A stretch of 63,956 nucleotides of DNA, filler included, from Raillietiella orientalis (taxonomy: Eukaryota): assembly GCA_036172245.1 (NCBI GenBank). It is 3 parts of 3 records of this genome, joined end to end, with 100 filler letters (N's around TTAATTAATTAA, not from the genome) between each part and the next. Parts side by side here need not be neighbours in the genome. Positions count along the whole stretch, not along the records: positions 1 to 27,757 come from JAYWIR010000212.1; 2 more parts are not named here. One strand, 5' to 3'. A model generated the notes under the pieces. That model saw only the letters and a program-made list of their open reading frames with translations, made no database searches and was not told the DNA's origin. Shown here in pieces: positions 1 through 15,000 of the stretch (positions are counted from its first letter, which is position 1; every line of letters starts with the position of its first letter). The translations under genes were made by a program, and so were the position numbers.

Positions 1-3000
1 AGAAATGTCGAACTCTTCTTAATGAACCTCTGAAACCAGGAAATTGGGAGGCTTTGCGGCTCTCCATGACGTGAATTTCGCACTCACTGCAAATGGAAGG
101 TTCGTGAAGAGGCGCAAAAGTGCAATGTTGAAATCTTCTGATTTCGAGTTGATTACAAAACCTCAATAGTTGCAAATTTGGACCAAACAATGAATCAGAG
201 CGAATGAGAAGATTGCCTTTCTAATTCCGACACTGGTTACCATGAAAACAACACAGAATGCAAAGTGCCACGCCCTAAAGAAATGTCGAACTCTTCTTAA
301 TGAACCTCTGAAACCAGGAAATTGGGAGGCTTTGCGGCTCTCCATGAAAGGAATTTGCCACCCACTGCAAATGGATGGTTCGTGAAGAGGCGCAAAAGTG
401 CAATGGTGAAATCTTCTGATTTCGAGTTGATTACAAAACCTCAATAGTTGCAAATTTCGACCAAATAATAAATCAGAGCGAATGAGACGATTCCCTTTCT
501 AATTCCGTCACTGGTTACCATCAAAACAACACAGAATGCAAAGTGCCACGCCCAAATGAAATGTCGAACTCTTCTTAATGATCCTCTGAAACCAGGAAAT
601 TGGGAGGCTCTGCGGCTCTCAATGAAGGGAGTTTGCCACTCACCGTAAATGGATGGTTCGTGAAGAGGCGCAAAAGTGCAATGGTGAAATCTTCTGATTC
701 CGAGTTGATTACAAAACCTCAAGAGTTGCAAATTTGGACCAAATAATGAATCAGAGCGAATGAGAAGATTGCCTTTCTAATTCCGACACTGGTTACCATG
801 AAAACAACACAGAATGCAAAGTGCCACGCCCTAAAGAAATGTCGAACTCTTCTTAATGAACCTCTGAAACCAGGAAATTGGGAGGCTTTGCGGCTCTCCA
901 TGAAGGGAATTTGCCACTCACTGCAAATGAAAGGTTCGTGAAGAGGCGCAAAAGTGCAATGGTGAAATCTTCTGATTCCGAGTTGATTACAAAACCTCAA
1001 TAGTTGCAAATTTCGACCAAATAATAAATCAGAGCGAATGAGACGATTGCCTTTCTAATTCCGACACTGGTTACCATGAAAACAACACAGAATCCAAAGT
1101 GCCACGCCCTAATGAAATGTCGAACTCTTCTTAATGATCCTCTGAAACCAGGAAATTGGGAGGCTTTGCGGCTCTCCATGAAGGGAATTTGCCACTCACT
1201 GCAAATGAAAGGTTCGTGAAGAGGCGCAAAAGTGCAATGGTGAAATCTTCTGATTTCGAGTTGATTACAAAACCTCAATAGTTGCAAATTTGGACCAAAT
1301 AATGAATCAGAGCGAATGAAAAGATTGCCTTTCTAATTCCGACACTGGTTACCATGAAAACAACACAGAATCCAAAGTGCCACGCCCTAATGAAATGTCG
1401 AACTCTTCTTAATGATTCTCTGAAACCAGGAAATTGGGAGGCTTTGCGGCTCTCCATGAAGGGAATTTGCCACTCACTGCAAATTAAAGGTTCGTGAAGA
1501 GGCGCAAAAGTGCATTGGTGAAATCTTCTGATTTCGAGTTGATTACAAAACCTCAATTGTTGCAAATTTGGACCAAATAATGAATCAGAGCGAATGAAAA
1601 GATTGCCTTTCTAATTCCGACACTGGTTACCATGAAAACAACACAGAATCCAAAGTGCCACGCCCTAATGAAATGTCGAACTCTTCTTAATGATTCTCTG
1701 AAACCAGGAAATTGGGAGGCTTTGCGGCTCTCCATGAAGGGAATTTGCCACTCACTGCAAATTAAAGGTTCGTGAAGAGGCGCAAAAGTGCATTGGTGAA
1801 ATCTTCTGATTTCGAGTTGATTACAAAACCTCAATTGTTGCAAATTTCGACCAAATAATAAATCAGAGCGAATGAGACGATTGCCTTTCTAATTCCGTCA
1901 CTGGTTACCATCAAAACAACACAGAATGCAAAGTGCCACGCCCAAATGAAATGTCGAACTCTTCTTAATGATCCTCTGAAAGTAGGAAATTGGGAGGCTT
2001 TGCGGCTCTCCATGAAGGGAATTTGCCACTCACTGCAAATGGATGGTTCGTGAAGAGGCGCAAAAGTGCAATGGTGAAATCTTCTGATTTCGAGTTGATT
2101 ACAAAACCTCAATAGTTGCAAATTTGGACCAAATAATGTATCAGAGCGAAGGAGAAGATTGCTCTTTAAATTCCGACCCTGGTTACTTTGAAAACAACAC
2201 AGAATGCAAAGTGTTTCGCCCTAATGAAAAGTCGGACTCTTAACGATCCTCTGAAACCAGGACATTGGAAGGCTCTGGTGCTCTCCATGACGTGAATTTC
2301 GCACTCACTGCAAATGGAAGGGTCGTGAAGAGGCGCAAAAGTGCAATTGTGAAATCTTCTGATTTCGAGTTGATTACAAAACCTCAATAGTTGCAAATTT
2401 GGACCAAATAATGAATCAGAGCGAAGGAGAAAATTGCTCTTTAAATTCCGACCCTGGTTACTTTGAAAACAACAGAGAATGCAAAGTGCCACGCCCTAAT
2501 GAAAAGTCGGACTCTTCTTAACGATCCTCTGAAACCAGGATATTGGAAGGCTCTGCTGCTCTCCATGACGTGAATTTCGCACTCACTGCAAATGGAAGGT
2601 TCGTGAAGAGGCGCAAAAGTGCAATGGTGAAATCTTCTGATTTCGAGTTGATTACAAAACCTCAATAGTTGCAAATTTGGACCAAATAATGAATCAGAGC
2701 GAATGAGAAGATTGCCTTTCTAATTCCGACACTGGTTACCATCAAAACAACACAGAATGCAAAGTGCCACGCCCTAATGAAATGTCGAACTCTTCTTAAT
2801 GATCCTCTGAAACCAGGAAATTGGGAGGCTCAGCGGCTCTCCATGAAGGGAGTTTGCCACTCACTGTAAATGGATGGTTCGTGAAGAAGCGCAAAAGGGC
2901 AATGGTGAAATCTTCTGATTTCGAGTTGATTACAAAACCTCAATAGTTGCAAATTTGGACCAAATAATCAATCAGAGCGAATGAGACGATTGCCTTTCTA

Positions 3001-6000
3001 ATTCCGACACTGGATACCATCAAAACAACACAGAATGCAAAGTGCCACGCCCTAATGAAATGTCGAACTCTTCTCAATGATCCTCTGAAACCAGCAAATT
3101 GGGAGGCTTTGCGGCTCTCCATGAAAGGAGTTTGCCACTCACTGCAAATGAAAGGTTCGTGAAGAGGCGCAAAAGTGCAATGGTGAAATCTTCTGATTTC
3201 GAGTTGATTACAAAACCTCAATAGTTGCAAATTACAAGTAAATAATGAATCAGAGCGAAGGAGCAGATTGCCTTTCTAAATCCGACACTGGTTACCATGA
3301 AAACAACACACAATACAAAGTGCCACGCCCTAATGAAATGTCGAACTCTTCTTAATGATCCTCTGAAACCAGGAAATTGAGAGGCTCTGCGGCTCTCCAT
3401 GAAGGGAGTTTGCCACTCACCGTAAATGGATGGTTCGTGAAGAGGCGCAAAAGTGCAATGGTGAAATCTTCTGATTCCGAGTTGATTACAAAACCTCAAT
3501 AGTTGCAAATTTGGACCAAATAATGAATCAGAGCGAATGAGAAGATTGCCTTTCTAATTCCGACACTGGTTACCATGAAAACAACACAGAATGCAAAGTG
3601 CCACGCCCTAAAGAAATGTCGAACTCTTCTTAATGAACCTCTGAAACCAGGAAATTGGGAGGCTTTGCGGCTCTCCATGACGTGAATTTCGCACTCACTG
3701 CAAATGGAAGGTTCGTGAAGAGGCGCAAAAGTGCAATGGTGAAATCTTCTGATTTCGAGTTGATTACAAAACCTCAATAGTTGCAAATTTGGACCAAACA
3801 ATGAATCAGAGCGAATGAGAAGATTGCCTTTCTAATTCCGACACTGGTTACCATGAAAACAACACAGAAAGCAAAGTGCCACGCCCTAAAGAAATGTCGA
3901 ACTCTTCTTAATGAACCTCTGAAACCAGGAAATTGGGAGGCTTTGCGGCTCTCCATGAAAGGAATTTGCCACCCACTGCAAATGGATGGTTCGTGAAGAG
4001 GCGCAAAAGTGCAATGGTGAAATCTTCTGATTTCGAGTTGATTACAAAACCTCAATAGTTGCAAATTTCGACCAAATAATAAATCAGAGCGAATGAGACG
4101 ATTCCCTTTCTAATTCCGTCACTGGTTACCATCAAAACAACACAGAATGCAAAGTGCCACGCCCAAATGAAATGTCGAACTCATCTTAATGATCCTCTGA
4201 AACTAGGAAATTGGGAGGCTTTGCGGCTCTCCATGAAGGGAGTTTGCCACTCACTGCAAATGAAAGGTTCGTGAAGAGGCGCAAAAGTGCAATGGTGAAA
4301 TCTTCTGATTTCGAGTTGATTACAAAACCTCAATAGTTGCAAATTTGGACCAAATAATGAATCAGAGCGAATGAGAAGATTGCCTTTTTAATTCCGACAC
4401 TGGTTACCATGAAAACAACACAGAATGCAAAGTGCCACCCCCTAAAGAAATGTCGAACTCTTCTTAATGATCCTCTGAAACCAGGAAATTGGGAGGCTTT
4501 GCGGCTCTCCTTGAAATAATTTTGCCACTCACTGCAATTGAAAGGTTCGTGAAGAGGCGCAAAAGTGCAATGGTGAAATCTTCTGATTTCGAGTTGATTA
4601 CAAAACCTCAATAGTTGCCAATTTGGACCAAATAATGAATCAGAGCGAATGAGAAGATTGCCTTTCTAATTCCGACACTGGTTACCATGAAAACAACACA
4701 GAATGCAAAGTGCCACGCCCTAAAGAAATGTCGAACTCTTCTTAATGAACCTCTGTAACCAGGAAATTGGGAGGCTTTGCGGCTCTCCATGAAAGGAATT
4801 TGCCACTCACTGCAAATGGATGGTTCGTGAAGAGGCGCAAAACTGTAATGGGGAAATCTTCTGATTTGGAGTTGATTACAAAACCTCAATAGTTGCAAAT
4901 TACAAGTAAATAATGAATCAGAGCGAAGGAGCAGATTGCCTTTCTAATTCCGACACTGGTTACCATGAAAACAACACAGAATGCAAAGTGCCACGCCCTA
5001 AAGAAATGTCGAACTCTTCTTAATGAACCTCTGAAACCAGGAAATTGGGAGGCTTTGCGGCTCTCCATGACGTGAATTTCGCACTCACTGCAAATGGAAG
5101 GTTCGTGAAGAGGCGCAAAAGTGCAATGTTGAAATCTTCTGATTTCGAGTTGATTACAAAACCTCAATAGTTGCAAATTTGGACTAAACAATGAATCAGA
5201 GCGAATGAGAAGATTGCCTTTCTAATTCCGACACTGGTTACCATGAAAACAACACAGAATGCAAAGTGCCACGCCCTAAAGAAATGTCGAACTCTTCTTA
5301 ATGAACCTCTGAAACCAGGAAATTGGGAGGCTTTGCGGCTCTCCATGAAAGGAATTTGCCACCCACTGCAAATGGATGGTTCGTGAAGAGGCGCAAAAGT
5401 GCAATGGTGAAATCTTCTGATTTCGAGTTGATTACAAAACCTCAATAGTTGCAAATTTCGACCAAATAATAAATCAGAGCGAATGAGACGATTCCCTTTC
5501 TAATTCCGTCACTGGTTACCATCAAAACAACACAGAATGCAAAGTGCCACGCCCAAATGAAATGTCGAACTCTTCTTAATGATCCTCTGAAACCAGGAAA
5601 TTGGGAGGCTCTGCGGCTCTCAATGAAGGGAGTTTGCCACTCACCGTAAATGGATGGTTCGTGAAGAGGCGCAAAAGTGCAATGGTGAAATCTTCTGATT
5701 CCGAGTTGATTACAAAACCTCAAGAGTTGCAAATTTGGACCAAATAATGAATCAGAGCGAATGAGAAGATTGCCTTTCTAATTCCGACACTGGTTACCAT
5801 GAAAACAACACAGAATGCAAAGTGCCACGCCCTAAAGAAATGTCGAACTCTTCTTAATGAACCTCTGAAACCAGGAAATTGGGAGGCTTTGCGGCTCTCC
5901 ATGAAGGGAATTTGCCACTCACTGCAAATGAAAGGTTCGTGAAGAGGCGCAAAAGTGCAATGGTGAAATCTTCTGATTCCGAGTTGATTACAAAACCTCA

Positions 6001-9000
6001 ATAGTTGCAAATTTCGACCAAATAATAAATCAGAGCGAATGAGACGATTGCCTTTCTAATTGCGACACTGGTTACCATGAAAACAACACAGATTCAAAAG
6101 TGCCACGCCCTAATGAAATGTCGAACTCTTCTCAATGATCCTCTGAAACCAGGAAATTGGGAGGCTTTGCGGCTCTCCATGAAGGGAGTTTGCCACTCAC
6201 TAAGAAACGAAAGATTGGGCGGAGATAGTCCAATGGTGAAATCTTCTGATTTCGAGTTGATTACAAAACCTCAATAGTTGCAAATTTGGACCAAATAATG
6301 AATCAGAGCGAATGAAAAGATTGCCTTTCTAATTCCGACACTGGTTACCATGAAACAACACAGAATCCAAAGTGCCACGCCCTAATGAAATGTCGAACTC
6401 TTCTTAATGATTCTCTGAAACCAGGAAATTGGGAGGCTTTGCGGCTCTCCATGAAGGGAATTTGCCACTCACTGCAAATTAAAGGTTCGTGAAGAGGCGC
6501 AAAAGTGCATTGGTGAAATCTTCTGATTTCGAGTTGATTACAAAACCTCAATTGTTGCAAATTTGGACCAAATAATGAATCAGAGCGAATGAAAAGATTG
6601 CCTTTCTAATTCCGACACTGGTTACCATGAAAACAACACAGAATCCAAAGTGCCACGCCCTAATGAAATGTCGAACTCTTCTTAATGATTCTCTGAAACC
6701 AGGAAATTGGGAGGCTTTGCGGCTCTCCATGAAGGGAATTTGCCACTCACTGCAAATTAAAGGTTCGTGAAGAGGCGCAAAAGTGCATTGGTGAAATCTT
6801 CTGATTTCGAGTTGATTACAAAACCTCAATTGTTGCAAATTTCGACCAAATAATAAATCAGAGCGAATGAGACGATTGCCTTTCTAATTCCGTCACTGGT
6901 TACCATCAAAACAACACAGAATGCAAAGTGCCACGCCCAAATGAAATGTCGAACTCTTCTTAATGATCCTCTGAAAGTAGGAAATTGGGAGGCTTTGCGG
7001 CTCTCCATGAAGGGAATTTGCCACTCACTGCAAATGGATGGTTCGTGAAGAGGCGCAAAAGTGCAATGGTGAAATCTTCTGATTTCGAGTTGATTACAAA
7101 ACCTCAATAGTTGCAAATTTGGACCAAATAATGTATCAGAGCGAAGGAGAAGATTGCTCTTTAAATTCCGACCCTGGTTACTTTGAAAACAACACAGAAT
7201 GCAAAGTGTTTCGCCCTAATGAAAAGTCGGACTCTTAACGATCCTCTGAAACCAGGACATTGGAAGGCTCTGGTGCTCTCCATGACGTGAATTTCGCACT
7301 CACTGCAAATGGAAGGGTCGTGAAGAGGCGCAAAAGTGCAATTGTGAAATCTTCTGATTTCGAGTTGATTACAAAACCTCAATAGTTGCAAATTTGGACC
7401 AAATAATGAATCAGAGCGAAGGAGAAAATTGCTCTTTAAATTCCGACCCTGGTTACTTTGAAAACAACAGAGAATGCAAAGTGCCACGCCCTAATGAAAA
7501 GTCGGACTCTTCTTAACGATCCTCTGAAACCAGGATATTGGAAGGCTCTGCTGCTCTCCATGACGTGAATTTCGCACTCACTGCAAATGGAAGGTTCGTG
7601 AAGAGGCGCAAAAGTGCAATGGTGAAATCTTCTGATTTCGAGTTGATTACAAAACCTCAATAGTTGCAAATTTGGACCAAATAATGAATCAGAGCGAATG
7701 AGAAGATTGCCTTTCTAATTCCGACACTGGTTACCATCAAAACAACACAGAATGCAAAGTGCCACGCCCTAATGAAATGTCGAACTCTTCTTAATGATCC
7801 TCTGAAACCAGGAAATTGGGAGGCTCAGCGGCTCTCCATGAAGGGAGTTTGCCACTCACTGTAAATGGATGGTTCGTGAAGAAGCGCAAAAGGGCAATGG
7901 TGAAATCTTCTGATTTCGAGTTGATTACAAAACCTCAATAGTTGCAAATTTGGACCAAATAATCAATCAGAGCGAATGAGACGATTGCCTTTCTAATTCC
8001 GACACTGGATACCATCAAAACAACACAGAATGCAAAGTGCCACGCCCTAATGAAATGTCGAACTCTTCTCAATGATCCTCTGAAACCAGCAAATTGGGAG
8101 GCTTTGCGGCTCTCCATGAAGGGAGTTTGCCACTCACTGCAAATGAAAGGTTCGTGAAGAGGCGCAAAAGTGCAATGGTGAAATCTTCTGATTTCGAGTT
8201 GATTACAAAACCTCAATAGTTGCAAATTACAAGTAAATAATGAATCAGAGCGAAGGAGCAGATTGCCTTTCTAAATCCGACACTGGTTACCATGAAAACA
8301 ACACACAATACAAAGTGCCACGCCCTAATGAAATGTCGAACTCTTCTTAATGATCCTCTGAAACCAGGAAATTGAGAGGCTCTGCGGCTCTCCATGAAGG
8401 GAGTTTGCCACTCACCGTAAATGGATGGTTCGTGAAGAGGCGCAAAAGTGCAATGGTGAAATCTTCTGATTCCGAGTTGATTACAAAACCTCAATAGTTG
8501 CAAATTTGGACCAAATAATGAATCAGAGCGAATGAGAAGATTGCCTTTCTAATTCCGACACTGGTTACCATGAAAACAACACAGAATGCAAAGTGCCACG
8601 CCCTAAAGAAATGTCGAACTCTTCTTAATGAACCTCTGAAACCAGGAAATTGGGAGGCTTTGCGGCTCTCCATGAAGGGAATTTGCCACTCACTGCAAAT
8701 GAAAGGTTCGTGAAGAGGCGCAAAAGTGCAATGGTGAAATCTTCTGATTCCGAGTTGATTACAAAACCTCAATAGTTGCAAATTTCGACCAAATAATAAA
8801 TCAGAGCGAATGAGACGATTGCCTTTCTAATTGCGACACTGGTTACCATGAAAACAACACAGAATCAAAAGTGCCACGCCCTAATGAAATGTCGAACGAT
8901 TCTCAATGATCCTCTGAAACCAGGAAATTGGGAGGCTTTGCGGCTCTCCATGAAGGGAGTTTGCCACTCACTGCAAATGAAGAGTTCTGAAGAGGCGCAA

Positions 9001-12000
9001 AAGTGCAATGGTGAAATCTTCTGATTTCGAGTTGATTACAAAACCTCAATAGTTGCAAATTTGGACCAAATAATGAATCAGAGCGAATGAAAAGATTGCC
9101 TTTCTAATTCCGACACTGGTTACCATGAAAACAACACAGAATCCAAAGTGCCACGCCCTAATGAAATGTCGAACTCTTCTTAATGATTCTCTGAAACCAG
9201 GAAATTGGGAGGCTTTGCGGCTCTCCATGAAGGGAATTTGCCACTCACTGCAAATTAAAGGTTCGTGAAGAGGCGCAAAAGTGCATTGGTGAAATCTTCT
9301 GATTTCGAGTTGATTACAAAACCTCAATTGTTGCAAATTTGGACCAAATAATGAATCAGAGCGAATGAAAAGATTGCCTTTCTAATTCCGACACTGGTTA
9401 CCATGAAAACAACACAGAATCCAAAGTGCCACGCCCTAATGAAATGTCGAACTCTTCTTAATGATTCTCTGAAACCAGGAAATTGGGAGGCTTTGCGGCT
9501 CTCCATGAAGGGAGTTTGCCACTCACTGCAAATGAAAGGTTCGTGAAGAGGCGCAAAAGTGCAATGGTGAAATCTTCTGATTTCGAGTTGATTACAAAAC
9601 CTCAATTGTTGCAAATTTGGACCAAATAATGAATCAGAGCGAATGAAAAGATTGCCTTTCTAATTCCGACACTGGTTACCATGAAAACAACACAGAATCC
9701 AAAGTGCCACGCCCTAATGAAATGTCGAACTCTTCTTAATGATTCTCTGAAACCAGGAAATTGGGAGGCTTTGCGGCTCTCCATGAAGGGAATTTGCCAC
9801 TCACTGCAAATTAAAGGTTCGTGAAGAGGCGCAAAAGTGCATTGGTGAAATCTTCTGATTTCGAGTTGATTACAAAACCTCAATTGTTGCAAATTTCGAC
9901 CAAATAATAAATCAGAGCGAATGAGACGATTGCCTTTCTAATTCCGTCACTGGTTACCATCAAAACAACACAGAATGCAAAGTGCCACGCCCAAATGAAA
10001 TGTCGAACTCTTCTTAATGATCCTCTGAAAGTAGGAAATTGGGAGGCTTTGCGGCTCTCCATGAAGGGAATTTGCCACTCACTGCAAATGGATGGTTCGT
10101 GAAGAGGCGCAAAAGTGCAATGGTGAAATCTTCGGATTTCGAGTTGATTACAAAACCTCAATAGTTGCAAATTTGGACCAAATAATGTATCAGAGCGAAG
10201 GAGAAGATTGCTCTTTAAATTCCGACCCTGGTTACTTTGAAAACAACACAGAATGCAAAGTGTTTCGCCCTAATGAAAAGTCGGACTCTTAACGATCCTC
10301 TGAAACCAGGACATTGGAAGGCTCTGGTGCTCTCCATGACGTGAATTTCGCACTCACTGCAAATGGAAGGGTCGTGAAGAGGCGCAAAAGTGCAATTGTG
10401 AAATCTTCTGATTTCGAGTTGATTACAAAACCTCAATAGTTGCAAATTTGGACCAAATAATGAATCAGAGCGAAGGAGAAAATTGCTCTTTAAATTCCGA
10501 CCCTGGTTACTTTGAAAACAACAGAGAATGCAAAGTGCCACGCCCTAATGAAAAGTCGGACTCTTCTTAACGATCCTCTGAAACCAGGATATTGGAAGGC
10601 TCTGCTGCTCTCCATGACGTGAATTTCGCACTCACTGCAAATGGAAGGTTCGTGAAGAGGCGCAAAAGTGCAATGGTGAAATCTTCTGATTTCGAGTTGA
10701 TTACAAAACCTCAATAGTTGCAAATTTGGACCAAATAATGAATCAGAGCGAATGAGAAGATTGCCTTTCTAATTCCGACACTGGTTACCATCAAAACAAC
10801 ACAGAATGCAAAGTGCCACGCCCTAATGAAATGTCGAACTCTTCTTAATGATCCTCTGAAACCAGGAAATTGGGAGGCTCTGCGGCTCTCCATGAAGGGA
10901 GTTTGCCACTCACTGTAAATGGATGGTTCGTGAAGAAGCGCAAAAGGGCAATGGTGAAATCTTCTGATTTCGAGTTGATTACAAAACCTCAATAGTTGCA
11001 AATTTGGACCAAATAATCAATCAGAGCGAATGAGACGATTGCCTTTCTAATTCCGACACTGGATACCATCAAAACAACACAGAATGCAAAGTGCCACGCC
11101 CTAATGAAATGTCGAACTCTTCTCAATGATCCTCTGAAACCAGCAAATTGGGAGGCTTTGCGGCTCTCCATGAAGGGAGTTTGCCACTCACTGCAAATGA
11201 AAGGTTCGTGAAGAGGCGCAAAAGTGCAATAGTGAAATCTTCTGATTTCGAGTTGATTACAAACCTCAATAGTTGCAAATTTGGACCAAATAATGAATCA
11301 GAGCGAATGAGAAGATTGCCTTTCTAATTCCGACACTGGTTACCATGAAAACAACACAGAATGCAAAGTGCCACGCCCTAATGAAATGTCGAACTCTTCT
11401 TAATGAACCTCTGAAACCAGGAAATTGGGAGGCTTTGCGGCTCTCCATGAAGGGAATTTGCCACTCACTGCAAATGAAAGGTTCGTGAAGAGGCGCAAAA
11501 GTGCAATGGTGAAATCTTCTGATTTCGAGTTGATTACAAAACCTCAATAGTTGCAAATTTGGACCAAATAATGAATCAGAGCGAATGAGAAGATTGCCTT
11601 TCTAATTCCGACACTGCTTACCATGAAAACAACACAGAATGCAAAGTGCCACGCCCTAATGAAAAGTCGGACTCTTCTTAACGATCCTCTGAAACCAGGA
11701 TATTGGAAGGCTCTGCTGCTCTCCATGACGTGAATTTCGCACTCACTGCAAATGGAAGGTTCGTGAAGAGGCGCAAAAGTGCAATTGTGAAATCTTCTGA
11801 TTTCGAGTTGATTACAAAACCTCAATAGTTGCAAATTTGGACCAAATAATGAATCAGAGCGAATGAGAAGATTGCCTTTCTAATTCCGACACTGGTTACC
11901 ATCAAAACAACACAGAATGCAAAGTGCCACGCCCTAATGAAATGTCGAACTCTTCTTAATGATCCTCTGAAACCAGGAAATTGGGAGGCTCAGCGGCTCT

Positions 12001-15000
12001 CCATGAAGGGAGTTTGCCACTCACTGTAAATGGATGGTTCGTGAAGAAGCGCAAAAGTGCAATGGTGAAATCTTCTGATTTCGAGTTGATTACAAAACCT
12101 CAATAGTTGCAAATTTGGACCAAATAATGAATCAGAGCGAATGAGAAGATTGTCTTTCTAATTCCGACACTGGTTACCATCAAAACAACACAGAATGCAA
12201 AGTGCCACGCCCTAATGAAATGCCGAACTCTTCTTAATGATTCTCTGTAACTAGGAAATTGGGAGGCTTTGCGGCTCTCCATGAAGGGAATTTGCCACTC
12301 ACTGCAAATGGATGGTTCGTGAAGAGGCGCAAAAGTGCAATGGTGAAATCTTCTCATTAAGAATTGATTACAAAACCTCGATAGTTGCAAATTACAAGTA
12401 AATAATGAATCAGAGCGAAGGAGCAGATTGCCTTTCTAATTCCGACACTGGTTACCATGAAAACAACACAGAATCAAAAGTGCCACGCCCTAATGAAATG
12501 TCGAACTCTTCTTAATGATCCTCGGAAACCAGGAAATTGGGAGGCTCTGCGGCTCTCCATGAAGGGAGTTTGCCACTCACTGTAAATGGATGGTTCGTGA
12601 AGAAGCGCACAAGGGCAATGGTGAAATCTTCTGATTTCGAGTTGATTACAAAACCTCAATAGTTGCAAATTTGGACCAAATAATCAATCAGAGCGAATGA
12701 GACGATTGCCTTTCTAATTCCGACACTGGTTACCATCAAAACAACACAGAATGCAAAGTGCCACGCCCTAATGAAATGTCGAACTCTTCTCAATGATCCT
12801 CTGAAACCAGGAAATTGGGAGGCTTTGCGGCTCTCCATGAAGGGAGTTTGCCACTCACTGCAAATGAAAGGTTCGTGAAGAGGCGCAAAAGTGCAATAGT
12901 GAAATCTTCTGATTTCGAGTTGATTACAAAACCTCAATAGTTGCAAATTTGGACCAAATAATGAATCAGAGCGAAGGAGAAAATTGCTCTTTAAATTCCG
13001 ACCCTGGTTACTTTGAAAACAACAGAGAATGCAAAGTGCCACGCCCTAATGAAAAGTCGGACTCTTCTTAACGATCCTCTGAAACCAGGATATTGGAAGG
13101 CTCTGCTGCTCTCCATGACGTGAATTTCGCACTCACTGCAAATGGAAGGTTCGTGAAGAGGCGCAAAAGTGCAATGGTGAAATCTTCTGATTTCGAGTTG
13201 ATTACAAAACCTCAATAGTTGCAAATTTGGACCAAATAATGAATCAGAGCGAATGAAGATTGCCTCTCATTCCGACACTGGTTACCATCAAAACAACACA
13301 GAATGCAAAGTGCCACGCCCTAATGAAATGTCGAACTCTTCTTAATGATCCTCTGAAACCAGGAAATTGGGAGGCTCAGCGGCTCTCCATGAAGGGAGTT
13401 TGCCACTCACTGTAAATGGATGGTTCGTGAAGAAGCGCAAAAGTGCAATGGTGAAATCTTCTGATTTCGAGTTGATTACAAAACCTCAATAGTTGCAAAT
13501 TTGGACCAAATAATCAATCAGAGCGAATGAGACGATTGCCTTTCTAATTCCGACACTGGATACCATCAAAACAACACAGAATGCAAAGTGCCACGCCCTA
13601 ATGAAATGTCGAACTCTTCTTAATGATTCTCTGAAACCAGGAAATTGGTAGGCTTTGCGGCTCTCCATGAAGGGAATTTGCCACTCACTGGAAATTAAGG
13701 GTTCGTGAAGAGGCGCAAAAGTGCATTGGTGAAATCTTCTGATTTCGAGTTGATTACAAAACCTCAATAGTTGCAAATTTGGACCAAATAATGAATCAGA
13801 GCGAAGGAGAAGATTGCTCTTTAAATTCCGACCCTGGTTACTTTGAAAACAACAGAGAATGCAAAGTGCCACGCCCTAATGAAAAGTCGGACTCTTCTTA
13901 ACGATCCTCTGAAACCAGGATATTGGAAGGCTCTGCTGCTCTCCATGACGTGAATTTCGCACTCACTGCAAATGGAAGGTTCGTGAAGAGGCGCAAAAGT
14001 GCAATGGTGAAATCTTCTGATTTCGAGTTGATTACAAAACCTCAATAGTTGCAAATTTGGACCAAATAATGAATCGAAGCGAATGAGAAGATTGCCTTTC
14101 TAATTCCGACACTGGTTACCATCAAAACAACACAGAATGCAAAGTGCCACGCCCTAATGAAATGTCGAACTCTTCTTAATGATCCTCTGAAACCAGGAAA
14201 TTGGGAGGCTCAGCGGCTCTCCATGAAGGGAGTTTGCCACTCACTGTAAATGGATGGTTCGTGAAGAAGCGCAAAAGGGCAATGGTGAAATCTTCTGATT
14301 TCGAGTTGATTACAAAACCTCAATAGTTGCAAATTTGGACCAAATAATCAATCAGAGCGAATGAGACGATTGCCTTTCTAATTCCGACACTGGATACCAT
14401 CAAAACAACACAGAATGCAAAGTGCCACGCCCTAATGAAATGTCGAACTCTTCTCAATGATCCTCTGAAACCAGCAAATTGGGAGGCTTTGCGGCTCTCC
14501 ATGAAGGGAGTTTGCCACTCACTGCAAATGAAAGGTTCGTGAAGAGGCGCAAAAGTGCAATAGTGAAATCTTCTGATTTCGAGTTGATTACAAAGCCTCA
14601 ATAGTTGCAAATTTGGACCAAATAATGAATCAGAGCGAATGAGAAGATTGCCTTTCTAATTCCGACAATGGTTACCATGAAAACAACACAGAATGCAAAG
14701 TGCCACGCCCTAATGAAATGTCGAACTCTTCTTAATGAACCTCTGAAACCAGGAAATTGGGAGGCTTTGCGGCTCTCCATGAAGGGAATTTGCCACTCAC
14801 TGCAAATGAAAGGTTCGTGAAGAGGCGCAAAAGTGCAATGGTGAAATCTTCTGATTTCGAGTTGATTACAAAACCTCAATAGTTGCAAATTTGGACCAAA
14901 TAATGAATCAGAGCGAATGAGAAGATTGCCTTTCTAATTCCGACACTGGTTACCATGAAAACAACACAGAATGCAAAGTGCCACGCCCTAAAGAAATGTC

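Noticed and set aside
265..330. Apparent ~5-bp spacing of A-versus-B substitutions in part of the monomer
   Set aside because: It is visible over only about 60 bp and not in the rest of the unit, so it is likely chance.
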